Source: Bacteroidales bacterium (GTDB lineage: Bacteria > Bacteroidota > Bacteroidia > Bacteroidales > VadinHA17). From it: 64,000 nucleotides of DNA. A program made the position numbers and the translations under genes. Positions 21,546-35,557 of the stretch are shown one piece after another (position 1 is the first letter of the stretch; every line of letters starts with the position of its first letter). The notes beneath the pieces were generated by a model. That model did not search any database. It saw only the letters and a list, made by a program, of their open reading frames with translations, and was not told the DNA's origin. Location of the stretch: assembly GCA_049975425.1 (NCBI GenBank), contig JBNGDI010000017.1, positions 4,757-68,756 of the forward strand. The letters are read 5' to 3'.

Positions 21546-21602
21546 AATATATACATATTGTATTGTTTCAAATGGTTCATGCCGTGCATGAACAGAGCTG
21601 TA

Positions 21603-22058
21603 CTATTTAAAGTACTTGGCAATTTCCGAATAGACTATAGATAATATAGCCAGTCCCATTAAAATGTAGAGGGTATACAATCCGGTATCGGTCCATTTCA
21701 GGGTGATGGGATCTCTGAAAACCCCGGTAGCAGTCCGTATAACCTCTTCGGTTGCCAGGTTATAGGCGAGGAAAACGACAGCTGCCGCACCCGCCAGAAC
21801 CAACAGAAACCTCTTGAGGGTTTTCCAGCTTGAGAACACATTCACCAGAGATATCAGGATGGTTACTCCTGCACAGAATACAAGCAAAAGTTCGGCATAC
21901 CTGATAAATGTGTTGGTGATAACGGGTTCTTCCATGGCAGTCCCTTCAGTTCCGGGAACAACATCTCCCAGATAAAAAATACCTGCGAGAACAACTGCTG
22001 CTGCCATCAAGAGGATGAGAAATATATTTATCAGTCTGATAATAAGCTTAGACGACAT
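21603..22058 (-). CDS. Hypothetical four-TM membrane protein
   Basis: Four hydrophobic segments, located between exbB and exbD. Confidence 0.8.
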   Translation of the reverse strand: MSSKLIIRLINIFLILLMAAAVVLAGIFYLGDVVPGTEGTAMEEPVITNTFIRYAELLLVFCAGVTILISLVNVFSSWKTLKRFLLVLAGAAAVVFLAYNLATEEVIRTATGVFRDPITLKWTDTGLYTLYILMGLAILSIVYSEIAKYFK

Positions 22059-22064
22059 GATTAT

Positions 22065-22883
22065 TTATTTTTTTAAGTTGTATTTCACCAACAGGTCAAT
22101 GAGGGAGATGGAGGAATCTTCCATGTCCACTACCATGCTGTCAATTTTTGACAGGATATAGTTGTAAAAAATCTGCAGTATTACCGCCACGATCAAGCCG
22201 GATGCAGTGGTAATCAGTGCGACTCCGATACCACCTGCTACCAGACTTGCGTTCACGTCTCCTGCAATACGGATGGCATCGAAGGCCTGGATCATTCCGA
22301 TTACCGTTCCCATAAACCCGAGCATGGGGGCGATTGCGATGAACAGGGAGATCCAGGAGAGGTTTTTCTCAAGAAGACCCATCTGCACACTACCGTATGA
22401 TACCACCGATTTTTCTGCCACTTCAATTCCTTCATTTGCTCTGTCCAGCCCCTGGTAAAATATACTGGCGATCGGGCCGCGGGTATTGCGGCATACTTCT
22501 TTGGCAGCTTCGATTCCGCCGCTTTCAAGAGCTTCTTCCACTTTCTTCAACAGTTTTTCGGTGTTGGTGGTGGCGAAGTTCAGATATAGGATCCGTTCGA
22601 TGGCCAAAGCCAGACCGAGAATCAGTGCGAGGAGAACGGATGCCATAAATCCGGCGCCTCCTTCAATAAATTTCTGCTTGATAGCTTTATGCAGGCCCTG
22701 GCCTTCCGTGGCAACTTCTTCTACCTCTTCCATTTCTGTGGCAGCAGCCTCTTCCATTTGTGATGTGTCAGCAGCCTGTTCCATCTGTGCTGTGTCAGCA
22801 GGCTGATCCTGAGCCACTGCAATTTTAGATGCCCCAATGGTCAGCATCCCGAAAACGGCAATCAATGTGAATAACTTTTTCAT
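22065..22883 (-). CDS. exbB: MotA/TolQ/ExbB proton channel protein
   Basis: APMLGFMGTVIGMI...ALITTASGL motifs. Signal peptide and acidic repeat. ATG at 22883. Confidence 0.93.
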   Translation of the reverse strand: MKKLFTLIAVFGMLTIGASKIAVAQDQPADTAQMEQAADTSQMEEAAATEMEEVEEVATEGQGLHKAIKQKFIEGGAGFMASVLLALILGLALAIERILYLNFATTNTEKLLKKVEEALESGGIEAAKEVCRNTRGPIASIFYQGLDRANEGIEVAEKSVVSYGSVQMGLLEKNLSWISLFIAIAPMLGFMGTVIGMIQAFDAIRIAGDVNASLVAGGIGVALITTASGLIVAVILQIFYNYILSKIDSMVVDMEDSSISLIDLLVKYNLKK

Positions 22884-22961
22884 GGTTTGAACAGTCTTTA
22901 AATTAAACGTTGCTGTAGTTTTCAAATGTATAACTAAATTATTGAATTTCTATGTATCCGA

Positions 22962-23054
<93 letters not shown>

Positions 23055-23121
23055 TCAAAGTGCAAAGAACCCTTCGAATTTCAGCGCCACAAAATACGAA
23101 AAAAAATAAAAAAAACACACA

Positions 23122-24156
23122 TTAGTCGGTGATTTCTCCACGGAGTGACTTATTTAAATATATTTTAATTTCTTCATTTGTAAGTTTCTGGCCGAGCAGG
23201 AACATGAGTTTGGTCAGAGCGGCTTCCGGTGTGATATCTTTGCCTCCGATAACACCTGCTTCCTTCAGTTTCCGGCCCGTTTCGTATCTGTCCATTTCCA
23301 CCGATCCGGCCGGGCACTGGGTAACGTTCAACACGATCATTCCCCTTTCGATGGCCTGTTGGAGTGGTTCAACAAACCACTTGTCCGTCGGAGCATTCCC
23401 GGTTCCATAGGTTTCCATTACCAGCGCCCGCAGGTGACTCCGGTTAAGCACGGCATGCATCCATTCGCGGCTCATACCCGGGAAAATTTTGAGGATTCCT
23501 ACCCGGGTATCCAGTTGGGTATATACACGCAAAGGCTGATACCGGACTGGATAGCGGATCAGGCCGTAGTGATACCTGATATGAACACCGGCTTCTGCCA
23601 GGGGTGGATAATTGTATGACCGGAAAGCGTTGAAATGTTCGGCATTATGTTTCCGGGTACGATTCCCCCGCAGCAGGGTGTTTTCAAAGTATATGCACAC
23701 TTCGGGTACCATTGGTTCGTTTTCATGACTGGCAGCAGCAATTTCCACGGCCGTGATCAGGTTTTCCTTTCCGTCGGTACGCAGGGTTCCGACAGGAAGC
23801 TGCGACCCGGTGAAAATGACCGGTTTATGAAGATTTTCAAGCATAAAACTGAGGGCCGAGGCCGAGTAGGCCATGGTATCCGTACCATGAAGTATCACGA
23901 AACCGTCGTATTTCTCGTAATGATTTTCAATGAGATTGGCAAGCCGGATCCAGAAAGACGGGTCGATATTGGATGAATCGATCACCGGATCGAAACTCAG
24001 CGCCGAAAGAGAACAGCCGAACTGCTGTAGTTCAGGAACCTGCCGTGCAATCTGGTTGAAATCCACAGGCGACAGGGTCCCGGTGAAGGGGTCATGAGCC
24101 ATTCCGATGGTTCCTCCGGTATAGATGATCAGTATGGATTTTTTCTTCCTGGTCAT
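23122..24156 (-). CDS. ansA: Type I L-asparaginase
   Basis: YTGGTIGM and HGTDTM motifs. Confidence 0.95.
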   Translation of the reverse strand: MTRKKKSILIIYTGGTIGMAHDPFTGTLSPVDFNQIARQVPELQQFGCSLSALSFDPVIDSSNIDPSFWIRLANLIENHYEKYDGFVILHGTDTMAYSASALSFMLENLHKPVIFTGSQLPVGTLRTDGKENLITAVEIAAASHENEPMVPEVCIYFENTLLRGNRTRKHNAEHFNAFRSYNYPPLAEAGVHIRYHYGLIRYPVRYQPLRVYTQLDTRVGILKIFPGMSREWMHAVLNRSHLRALVMETYGTGNAPTDKWFVEPLQQAIERGMIVLNVTQCPAGSVEMDRYETGRKLKEAGVIGGKDITPEAALTKLMFLLGQKLTNEEIKIYLNKSLRGEITD

Positions 24157-24929
24157 TCCTGTTTTTTGAAAAACAGCTTTCTGGCGTTGCGGGTAGTGAC
24201 CTCTGCTACTTCCTCCTGGTTTATATCCTTGATTTCAGCCACTGCCTCCCCAATGAGAGGGATATAGGAACTTTCGTTTCTTTTTCCCCGGTAGGGCACG
24301 GGAGCCAGGTAAGGAGCATCGGTTTCCAGCACCAGGTGTTCCAGGGGAACCTGTTTTACCACCTGCTGCAACCCCGGGTTCCGGAATGTGATCACCCCTC
24401 CGATGCCAAGGAAAAAGCCCATATCAATGGCCTTGCGGGCATGGTGCACATTGCCTGAAAAGCAGTGAAAAATGCCTGTCAAACCTGGCTTCCACACTCT
24501 TTCAATAACTTCAAACACCTCGGGAAATGCATTCCGGATGTGGATCACTGCCGGAAGTGACAATTCCATCGCCCATTGTAATTGCCTGGTAAAAGTCTCA
24601 ACTTGTTCTTTCCGGTAGGTTTTGTCATGGTAAAGGTCGATCCCGATTTCTCCTACGGCGCAGAAAGATCCTTCGACCAGATTGTTCCTTAATTCTTCCA
24701 GTTGTGTTTCAAACCTGTTGTCTACCGATCCGGGGTGAAGCCCCAACATGGGATGGCATATCTTTGGATACTCATTGGCCATAGACATTACAGATGGAAT
24801 TGATCCGGCATCGATATTGGGAAGAAACAGATTTCGGACTCCGGCATCCAGAGCCCGCCGGATAACGGCTTCCCGGTCGGCTTCAAATTCCGGAAGATAA
24901 AGATGCGTATGGGTGTCGGTCCATTCCAT
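24153..24929 (-). CDS. tatD: TatD-family nuclease
   Basis: DTHTH, GEIGID, HCFSG, ETDAPYL. ATG at 24929. Confidence 0.93.
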   Translation of the reverse strand: MEWTDTHTHLYLPEFEADREAVIRRALDAGVRNLFLPNIDAGSIPSVMSMANEYPKICHPMLGLHPGSVDNRFETQLEELRNNLVEGSFCAVGEIGIDLYHDKTYRKEQVETFTRQLQWAMELSLPAVIHIRNAFPEVFEVIERVWKPGLTGIFHCFSGNVHHARKAIDMGFFLGIGGVITFRNPGLQQVVKQVPLEHLVLETDAPYLAPVPYRGKRNESSYIPLIGEAVAEIKDINQEEVAEVTTRNARKLFFKKQE

Positions 24930-25018
24930 GAACAAGGGCAAACGAGCATGCAAACATATGAAAAAGACCTTAACTGGTCAAGGAAGAGCCGGTGCAAGTG
25001 GAAGAAATCAGGGCAAAA

Positions 25019-25050
25019 AAAAAGGCTGTTGGATACTCAACAGCCTTTTT
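25019..25050 (-). terminator. Intrinsic terminator after gdhA
   Basis: AAAAAGGCTGTTG-GATACT-CAACAGCCTTTTT. Confidence 0.85.
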
Positions 25051-25074
25051 GAAGGAAATATGCAGGATTGAAGG

Positions 25075-27652
<2,578 letters not shown>

Positions 27653-27845
27653 AACTACCCGTCAGCAGCGCTTTTAAGCAAAAATAAAAATATGAACCGA
27701 ATAAAAGCATTGGTTCAGAAATTTTTATTACCCTGACAGTATAAAGTAATGCTGAAGCTGATGAACCCGGTTTTTTCCGCCGTATGGTGAAAAAATGGGG
27801 CAGCCCTGTGGAGGGCAGCCCCCGTATGATTCATTGGTCAATAAA

Positions 27846-29183
27846 TTATACCAGGCCCTGGTCAAGCATGGCATTGGCTACCTTGAGGAAGCCGGCCACA
27901 TTGGCACCTTTAACGTAGTCTATATATCCTTCGGGAGTGGTTCCGTATTTTACGCAGGCTTCATGAATTTTTTTCATGATCTGGTGCAGTTTAGCATCCA
28001 CTTCTTCCGCCGTCCAGTTCAGCTTCATGGCATTCTGTGTCATTTCCAGTCCGGAAGTGGCCACACCTCCTGCATTGGCTGCTTTACCAGGGGCAAACAG
28101 TATTTTATTTTTCTGGATGATTTCAATGGCTTCCGGGGTGCAGGGCATGTTGGCCCCTTCTGTCAGGCAGAGGCAACCGTTCTTCACCAGGTTTTCAGCG
28201 TCTTCCTTATTCAGCTCGTTTTCCGTTGCACAGGGCAGAGCCACGTCGCATTTTACCTCCCAGGGATGCTTGCCCTGATGAAATTCGGCCTCCGGGAATT
28301 CGTAGGAATAGGGTTTAACAATGTCTTCGTTTGAAGCACGGAGGTCGAGCATGAAATCAATTTTTTTTCCGCTCACGCCCTGAGGATCATAGATATAACC
28401 GTCAGGGCCGGAAAGTGTTACCACTTTGCCACCCAGTTCGTTCACTTTTCTTACGGCTCCCCATGCCACGTTTCCGAAACCGGAAACAGCCACCGTTTTC
28501 CCTTTCAGGGTTTCACCTATGGTTGCCAGCATTTCCTGGGCAAAATATACCACACCGAAACCGGTTGCCTCGGGCCTGATCAAACTGCCCCCCCAGTTGA
28601 TTCCTTTACCGGTGAGAACACCGGTGTTTTCCCGCGCCAGTTTCCGGTACATTCCGTACAGGTAACCGATCTCCCTGCCGCCAACGCCGATGTCACCGGC
28701 AGGCACATCGGTTTCGGGTCCGATCAGTTTCCAGAGTTCCAGCATAAACGACTGGCAGAATCTCATGATTTCAGAAGGAGATTTTCCTTTAGGGTTGAAA
28801 TCCGATCCTCCCTTTCCTCCGCCCATCGGAAGGGTGGTGAGTGCGTTTTTAAAGATTTGCTCGAATCCCAGAAATTTCAGGATGCTCAGATTTACACTGG
28901 GGTGAAAGCGCAAACCTCCCTTGTAAGGCCCGATGGCATTGTTAAATTGGACACGGTATCCCAGGTTGACATGGATGTTTCCCTGGTCATCGGCCCAGGG
29001 AACTTTAAAGGTCAGTATCCGGTCAGGTTCAATCATTCTTTCAATAATACTGGCCGACTCAAACTGAGGGTTTTCGTTGTATACCTCTTCAATGGATTCA
29101 AGAACTTCGCGAACAGCCTGCAGATACTCCTTTTCACCGGGATGTTTCTTTTCAAGCTCATTCATCAATTTATCAACGTTCAT
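27846..29183 (-). CDS. gdhB: Glutamate dehydrogenase, NAD-type (GdhB-like)
   Basis: SGFGNVAWGA and SGPDG, as in the NAD-specific enzymes of Clostridium symbiosum and Bacteroides fragilis (recalled). Confidence 0.85.
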   Translation of the reverse strand: MNVDKLMNELEKKHPGEKEYLQAVREVLESIEEVYNENPQFESASIIERMIEPDRILTFKVPWADDQGNIHVNLGYRVQFNNAIGPYKGGLRFHPSVNLSILKFLGFEQIFKNALTTLPMGGGKGGSDFNPKGKSPSEIMRFCQSFMLELWKLIGPETDVPAGDIGVGGREIGYLYGMYRKLARENTGVLTGKGINWGGSLIRPEATGFGVVYFAQEMLATIGETLKGKTVAVSGFGNVAWGAVRKVNELGGKVVTLSGPDGYIYDPQGVSGKKIDFMLDLRASNEDIVKPYSYEFPEAEFHQGKHPWEVKCDVALPCATENELNKEDAENLVKNGCLCLTEGANMPCTPEAIEIIQKNKILFAPGKAANAGGVATSGLEMTQNAMKLNWTAEEVDAKLHQIMKKIHEACVKYGTTPEGYIDYVKGANVAGFLKVANAMLDQGLV

Positions 29184-29404
29184 TTCTGATGCTTTTAAGT
29201 GGTTAACCTATAACAAGTTGTCAGCTAGAATAAAATTTCTGAAACAAATTTCTCATTCCCTGACAATTAAACCTATGATTTTACTCATGGTTTTATTCTT
29301 CTTCACCCTTAAAGTTAACAACTTACAGAATATTAGGATAATACAAAAATACTTACAAAAGATGTTATATAACCTGTTATCCGGCGGGAGGCATTCTATT
29401 TTCC

Positions 29405-29881
29405 TTATTTAACATACCTGTCAAGGCTCTCAATCAAAGCCTTTCTTTGTTTTCCGGAAAGGGCCGCCAGGCTGACCGGAGGAAACCGTCCAGTTCCTTT
29501 TTTCATATTCAGGTACAGGATGATTTGGGGTTTCAACCAGAAGAAGGTTCTCCGGATCTCATATTTCTGAAAATCCTTTTTCGGAATTTCTATCGAGTGA
29601 TGTTTTTGAGAATAGATCTTGATGGAATAATAACGGAGGATAATTTTCGGACCTTCGTCGTTATATATAATATAATTCAGATCAAGGCCGAAATGATACA
29701 TAATGAACAACACATAAATGACAAGCAGTCCTATTCCTATTTCATTCCGGCTGAGCCCCATAAGAGGAGCGGGAATGAGTGAGCTGGCATAGAGCAGGGC
29801 AAACAGGGCAATGAAAAAAATGGTTACTATCAGTTGTCTGAGTTTGATTGAAATGACATTCCTGCTGTTGTTTATGATCAT
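29405..29881 (-). CDS. Hypothetical membrane protein
   Basis: ATG overlaps the upstream TGA (ATGA). Two TM helices and a basic C-terminal domain. Confidence 0.75.
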   Translation of the reverse strand: MIINNSRNVISIKLRQLIVTIFFIALFALLYASSLIPAPLMGLSRNEIGIGLLVIYVLFIMYHFGLDLNYIIYNDEGPKIILRYYSIKIYSQKHHSIEIPKKDFQKYEIRRTFFWLKPQIILYLNMKKGTGRFPPVSLAALSGKQRKALIESLDRYVK

Positions 29882-31053
29882 GGCATTTTGTTTTTCAGCT
29901 TTCTTCGTTGTCTTTCCCGGGCGATCAGGTCCAGTTCCCTGTTGCTCTGTCCGGCCACCGAGGTGTTTTCTTCGGCCCTTCTCAGGAGGTATGGAATGAC
30001 GTGTTTCACAGGCCCGTAAGGAACGTACTTGGCCACCAGGTATCCGCGGTGCGCCAGATTGAAACTGATATGATCGCTCATGCCCAATAACTGGGAGAAC
30101 CATACCCTTTCATCGTTAGGAGGAATGCCGTGTGTTTTCATCAGTTCTGCCAGATATGCCGAGCTGGTTTCATTATGGGTGCCGTTGAAAATAGAAATCC
30201 GGTCGATATGTTCCACAGAGAATTTGAGTGCGGCATTATAATCCCGGTCAGTACTTTCCTTATCGGGATGAATGGGAGAGGGATATCCCATTTTATGAGC
30301 TCTCTCTCGCTCTTTCTCCATATATGCCCCCCTGACAAACTTGGCTCCAAGGAAGTATGATCCTTCCCTGGCTTTTCGGTAGCTCTCCTTCAGAAAATCG
30401 AGCCGGTCGATGCGGTACATCTGAAAAGTATTGAAAACAATGGCTTTTTCCCGGTTATGTTTTTTCATCATTTCTTCCGCCACTTCATCGACCAGGTGCT
30501 GGTAATGACTTTCTTCAGCATCGATCAGGACAGGAATATCGTGAAGGAAGGCTTCCCGGCAAAGCAGGCCGATCCTCTGGCGGAAACGGTTTGCCTCCAG
30601 GGTTTCGTTCTGCGTCAGGGAATGTTTGCTTCCGGCTGCTTCCAGCAACCGGGAGGTAGTAAAAGCGGTGGGTTTGAATACGGCAAAGGGTATGTTGGGG
30701 CTGGTTGCAGCGAAACGAATGGAACGCAGGGTTTCATTCAGAGCCTGTGTAATGCCGGCTTCCGACTCACTTCCTTCCACTGAATAATCCAGGATGGATT
30801 TCACCCGGTGAGCAGCCATTTTTTCCACTACCGGTAAGGATCGTTCCAGGGTTTCTCCACCGCAGAAATGTTTGTAAACGGTGGGTTTCAGTATCCATTC
30901 CACGGGAATATGCCACCTTGCTGCCAGAGATACCAGGCGGGTACCCGTTTTTACCAGCCAGGGGTGAGAAATGGTTTTGAAAAGCCAGTATGCTCTATGC
31001 AAATCTCTGTCTGATTTGCTGATAAAAGCGATTCGGGTATCTTCAAAATGCAT
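29878..31053 (-). CDS. Monofunctional proline dehydrogenase
   Basis: IDAEES, KFVRGAY, GTHN, QLLGM, YVPYG...YLLRRAEEN. Confidence 0.93.
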   Translation of the reverse strand: MHFEDTRIAFISKSDRDLHRAYWLFKTISHPWLVKTGTRLVSLAARWHIPVEWILKPTVYKHFCGGETLERSLPVVEKMAAHRVKSILDYSVEGSESEAGITQALNETLRSIRFAATSPNIPFAVFKPTAFTTSRLLEAAGSKHSLTQNETLEANRFRQRIGLLCREAFLHDIPVLIDAEESHYQHLVDEVAEEMMKKHNREKAIVFNTFQMYRIDRLDFLKESYRKAREGSYFLGAKFVRGAYMEKERERAHKMGYPSPIHPDKESTDRDYNAALKFSVEHIDRISIFNGTHNETSSAYLAELMKTHGIPPNDERVWFSQLLGMSDHISFNLAHRGYLVAKYVPYGPVKHVIPYLLRRAEENTSVAGQSNRELDLIARERQRRKLKNKMP

Positions 31054-31165
31054 AGAGGCTGATCTTCAAAAGGAATACCGGCATAAAGATAACGGATTTT
31101 CCTTATCCCAGGGAGTCATTGGGATTAGTCAAGACAGGCATCAGGAATGAAAGGAGCCGAAAGAT

Positions 31166-31906
31166 TTATTTGCCGGAATCCGGGATTTCCTCCTGCATCA
31201 GTTGATTGTAATAAAATACAACTTCTCCCAGATCCACATCGTTCCGGATATCCAGTCCGCTGGCTTCCAGAAAAGACTCGATTTCATTTTTTTTCTCTTC
31301 CAGGACATTCAGCAGACTGCGTTTTTGTTTCCTGACCGGGATCAGGTTCTGACCGTCCTTGGTGATGTAGTAATCTTCTGTGATCCGGAAATAATTCCGG
31401 TAATTGACCTCACCGAAATTGGATACTGGCATTTTTTCTGATTTGATCTCGGCATATCTTTTGACCAGCAGCCTGGCATACCCGTCGGCCAGCACCTTGA
31501 AATAGCCTTCCACCGGCTTTCCCTTGAGGGAATATTTATTGTAAATAAACCGGTGATTACCGAAAAACACATATTCCAGATCCCGTGGATTGGCAAAGGT
31601 CAGGATTTTTCCCTCGTCTTTGAATTCAATCTGATCGGTGTGCATGTTGTACCGGAAGCCGATGTTTTCGAAGATCCTTCCGTTTTTCATCACTACGGTT
31701 CCAGGCTTGAATTCGTTTTCCAGAAAGGGAGACCCTTCAATTTCATCATAGTACACAGGATTGATTTCTGTTCCGCGGCTGAGCAGGTTGTCAAACTGAA
31801 CATTGGATGACCTGGGGGTAACAATCTGGGCCATGACCGACGGCACCTGCACCAGGAATACTAAGCAGGCCAGAATAACTGTGATACATGTTTTTTTCCT
31901 GTTCAT
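31166..31906 (-). CDS. Hypothetical exported protein
   Basis: Signal peptide ending MA-Q, GSPFL...G and RYN motifs seen in Bacteroidota hypotheticals. Confidence 0.75.
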   Translation of the reverse strand: MNRKKTCITVILACLVFLVQVPSVMAQIVTPRSSNVQFDNLLSRGTEINPVYYDEIEGSPFLENEFKPGTVVMKNGRIFENIGFRYNMHTDQIEFKDEGKILTFANPRDLEYVFFGNHRFIYNKYSLKGKPVEGYFKVLADGYARLLVKRYAEIKSEKMPVSNFGEVNYRNYFRITEDYYITKDGQNLIPVRKQKRSLLNVLEEKKNEIESFLEASGLDIRNDVDLGEVVFYYNQLMQEEIPDSGK

Positions 31907-32017
31907 AATTCCATGTTTTAATGCATGTATATCAAATATACGAAAAAAGCCGTTACCATTTTTTTGTTATAAAACAGGATTGTGGTTAACGTACCACAAA
32001 ACAGGGATGATGGAGAT

Positions 32018-32488
32018 TCACTTTCTTCTGGCATTGAAAAACTTTTTCAGTACCTGCCGTGATTCTGTTTCCAGAATTCCGGAAGAAACAAGGGTCTTCG
32101 GGTGCAATACCCGGGAAGAAAAACGGGTGTATCCTTTTTTAGGGTCAGAGGTCCCGTATACAATTCTCTGAATCTGTGCCCATCCCAGGGCTGCTGCACA
32201 CATGCTGCAGGGTTCCAGGGTGACATAAATGGAGCAATCGGTGAGATATTTCCCACCCAGGTATTCTGCTGCTGCCGTAATGGCCTGCATTTCGGCATGA
32301 GCGGTTACATCGCCCAGGGTCTCGGTCAGGTTATGTGCCCGGGCCACGATGCGGTTTTTACAGGTGATGACGGCTCCCACAGGTATTTCATCTTTTTCCA
32401 GGGCTTTCAGGGCTTCTTTCAGGGCTTCTTTCATAAAGAACTCATCGGAAAAAAAATCGGGCAGGGATTCGTTGATCGGTTCGTCCAT
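32018..32488 (-). CDS. tadA: tRNA adenosine deaminase (TadA-like)
   Basis: EIPVGAV, HAE, EPCSMC. Confidence 0.85.
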   Translation of the reverse strand: MDEPINESLPDFFSDEFFMKEALKEALKALEKDEIPVGAVITCKNRIVARAHNLTETLGDVTAHAEMQAITAAAEYLGGKYLTDCSIYVTLEPCSMCAAALGWAQIQRIVYGTSDPKKGYTRFSSRVLHPKTLVSSGILETESRQVLKKFFNARRK

Positions 32489-32538
32489 GAATAACAAAAA
32501 AAACTTAGTATTTTCGCAAGATAATAAAAACTACACGT

Positions 32539-34287
32539 ATGTACCGTACCCACACTTGTGGCGATTTGCGAAAAAGTGATGCCGGCCGGCAGGTAGTGCT
32601 CAGCGGCTGGGTGCAACGATCCAGGGATCTTGGGGGAATGACGTTTGTGGACCTGCGTGACCGATACGGCATTACACAGCTGGTATTCAATATGGAAACC
32701 GATCCGGGGTTGTGTGAAAAAGCCAGGAAACTCGGCCGGGAATTTGTCATCAGGGTCAGGGGCCGGGTGACGGAGAGAAGCAGTAAGAATCCACGTCTTC
32801 TAACCGGCGATATCGAAATATTTGTCGAGGATATGGAGGTGCTGAATGTTTCTCTGGTACCTCCCTTTACAATTGAAGAGAATACAGATGGGGGGGACGA
32901 TCTCCGTATGAAGTATCGCTACCTGGATATCAGGCGTCCTCCGGTGAAAGACCATCTGATCCTGCGGCACCGCATGGCACAGGAGGTGAGAAAATATCTC
33001 GACGGACAGGGGTTTATCGAAATTGAAACACCGGTGCTGATCAAGTCTACACCCGAAGGTGCCCGCGACTTTGTGGTTCCCTCGCGTATGAACCGGGGGG
33101 AATTCTATGCCCTGCCCCAGTCGCCGCAAACCTTCAAGCAATTGCTCATGGTGGCGGGAATGGATAAATACTTTCAGATTGTGAAATGCTTTCGTGACGA
33201 GGATTTGCGAGCTGACAGACAACCCGAATTTACTCAGATCGATTGCGAGATGTCGTTCGTTGAACGCGACGATGTGCTGAATACATTTGAAGGTCTGGCC
33301 GGACATTTATTTCAAAAGATACTGGGGATTCAGGTGCCGGCACCGTTTCCTCGCCTGTCGTACCAGGAAAGTATGGAAAAATTCGGTACAGACAAACCCG
33401 ACCTGAGGTTCGGAATGGAAATACACGATTTGTCGGCGGTGGCCCGGGGAAAAGGTTTTCAGGTAATCGACGGGGCGGAATATTCCGGAGGGATCTGTGC
33501 TTCCGGGGCAGCAGGATATTCGCGAAAACAACTGGATGAACTTACCTCATTTGTCAAACGTCCCCAGATAGGGGGCAGGGGCTTGATATGGGTGAAATTT
33601 GAAACGGACGGAAATATCCGTTCATCGGTGGATAAATTTTATACTGCTGAAGACCTCCGGAAATGGGGTGAATGCTGTGGCGCCCGTGCAGGTGATCTGT
33701 TACTGGTCATGTCCGGAGCAACACATGCTACCCGCTATGCCCTGGGTGAGCTCCGGCTGGAAATGGGGGACAGGTTGTCGATAAAAGATAAAAATCGTTT
33801 TAAGCCTCTTTGGGTGGTTGATTTTCCTTTGCTGGAATGGGATGAAGAAACCGGGCGGTTTTACGCTATGCATCATCCTTTTACTTCACCCCGGATGGAA
33901 GATATCGATTTGTTTGAATCGGATCCGGCAAAAGTCAGAGCCAATGCCTATGACCTGGTGATTAACGGGGTGGAGATCGGGGGAGGATCCATAAGGATCC
34001 ATGACGAAAGCATACAGAAAACTATGTTTAAAAACCTGGGTTTCAGTGAAGAAGAGGCACGGGAACAATTCGGGTTTCTGATGCAGGCTTTTCGGTACGG
34101 GGCTCCTCCTCACGGAGGAATTGCCTTCGGTTTCGATCGCTGGGTGGCGCTGTTCGGAGGAAGCGAATCTATTCGCGACTTCATTGCATTTCCTAAAAAC
34201 ACCGCCGGGAGAGATGTGATGATCAACACTCCTTCCCCGCTTCCCGAGGAACAGCTGAAGGAATTGGGCATCCGGATCATTAAATAA
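32539..34287 (+). CDS. aspS: Aspartate--tRNA ligase
   Basis: [30 protein letters not shown]. Confidence 0.99.
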   Translation: MYRTHTCGDLRKSDAGRQVVLSGWVQRSRDLGGMTFVDLRDRYGITQLVFNMETDPGLCEKARKLGREFVIRVRGRVTERSSKNPRLLTGDIEIFVEDMEVLNVSLVPPFTIEENTDGGDDLRMKYRYLDIRRPPVKDHLILRHRMAQEVRKYLDGQGFIEIETPVLIKSTPEGARDFVVPSRMNRGEFYALPQSPQTFKQLLMVAGMDKYFQIVKCFRDEDLRADRQPEFTQIDCEMSFVERDDVLNTFEGLAGHLFQKILGIQVPAPFPRLSYQESMEKFGTDKPDLRFGMEIHDLSAVARGKGFQVIDGAEYSGGICASGAAGYSRKQLDELTSFVKRPQIGGRGLIWVKFETDGNIRSSVDKFYTAEDLRKWGECCGARAGDLLLVMSGATHATRYALGELRLEMGDRLSIKDKNRFKPLWVVDFPLLEWDEETGRFYAMHHPFTSPRMEDIDLFESDPAKVRANAYDLVINGVEIGGGSIRIHDESIQKTMFKNLGFSEEEAREQFGFLMQAFRYGAPPHGGIAFGFDRWVALFGGSESIRDFIAFPKNTAGRDVMINTPSPLPEEQLKELGIRIIK

Positions 34288-34379
34288 TTAACATTCCTTT
34301 GTGAAAAATTTAATGCAGACTTTACTGTTTTTCAGTTTCATTCTATTACTTTCAGCCCGAAATTCATATTGAACCAGAG

Positions 34380-34712
34380 ATGCTAAAAATTGTGCGGACG
34401 GAAGAGGGATTTCATGTGGCCTTCCAGAAAATAAGGCGGTTGAATACCGTTATATCTGCCATCATTGAAAAACAACTCATACAATTGCTGGAAACTCCCG
34501 GTACCACTTTGATCCTTAGTCTCGAAGGGATCCGGTTTATTGACAGTTCCGGCTTTGATACCCTCCTGAAACTGGACCAGGCTGCAAGGGCTCATGATGG
34601 TTGTTTTGTAATGGACCGGATAGCTCCTGAGGTGGCTGAACTGCTTCACCTGGTTGGTTTACAAAATCATTTTAAGATGGCCGGACGGCCGGTGCGGGAA
34701 GAAACCCATTGA
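34380..34712 (+). CDS. STAS-domain protein (anti-sigma-factor antagonist-like)
   Basis: FIDSSG phosphorylation-site motif, 110 aa. Confidence 0.85.
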   Translation: MLKIVRTEEGFHVAFQKIRRLNTVISAIIEKQLIQLLETPGTTLILSLEGIRFIDSSGFDTLLKLDQAARAHDGCFVMDRIAPEVAELLHLVGLQNHFKMAGRPVREETH

Positions 34713-34876
34713 ATTTTCTGCAGGGAATCTGTTCCAGGTGAAAGTTATTGCACTGGCTTTTTTAGGGAAGACAAAATCATTGTTAAATTTCCCGGTTTTT
34801 TCATATTGATTATTTTTTCTAATTTTGGTTATATGCAACCCTTTTCCGAACTGTTGTATCATTCAAACCGAAAACT

Positions 34877-35524
34877 ATGAAAAAAACATTGCTTGCTTTG
34901 ATATGCGTGATTTTAATGTTGCCCTGGAACGGACAAAAAGCCTACGGCCAGGAAGAAATTAATTATAAGTTTACCCTCAAAACCAATCCGCTTGCCGCTT
35001 TTGCCGGGCCCATATGGGCGGCCTGGATAGTGCCTGTGACAGGTGAGTACAAGGTGTTGTTTGAAGCCAAAACTTTTAAGAAACAATCGCTCCAGGTCGG
35101 CGCTTCTTATCTGGGGCCAAGTATGTTTGTCAGTGCCCTGAAAAGTGAATTGGGCGATTCTGCCGATGTAGAGGTGGGGGTTAACGGGTTCCGTGGCCAG
35201 CTCTGGTATAAATTTTTTCTTACACGTGATTCCGACGGTCCTTCCGGTTTTTATGCCAGCCCACACTTTTCCTTTGCCAGTGCCCGTATCGAGAACAAGG
35301 ATGAGCCCGATGACTATGTGAATGCTGCCAAGCTGAACATACACGGTGTGCTGGGTTACCAGCTGATCACCCGGGGGGGGTTTGTGCTGGATATTTTTAC
35401 CGGTCTGGGATTTCGTGACATGACCTGGGATTATGCTCAGGAAGGTTCTACCGATCTGGATTTTGGTGAAGGGCAAGGAAGGGTTAATGTTACATTTGGA
35501 CTGAGTTTTGGATATGCGTTTTAA
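34877..35524 (+). CDS. Outer-membrane beta-barrel protein (DUF3575-like)
   Basis: Signal peptide, LKTNPL, terminal GLSFGYAF. Confidence 0.75.
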   Translation: MKKTLLALICVILMLPWNGQKAYGQEEINYKFTLKTNPLAAFAGPIWAAWIVPVTGEYKVLFEAKTFKKQSLQVGASYLGPSMFVSALKSELGDSADVEVGVNGFRGQLWYKFFLTRDSDGPSGFYASPHFSFASARIENKDEPDDYVNAAKLNIHGVLGYQLITRGGFVLDIFTGLGFRDMTWDYAQEGSTDLDFGEGQGRVNVTFGLSFGYAF

Positions 35525-35557
35525 ATGGCGTAACTGTTTATAAAAAGAAAGTAGACC

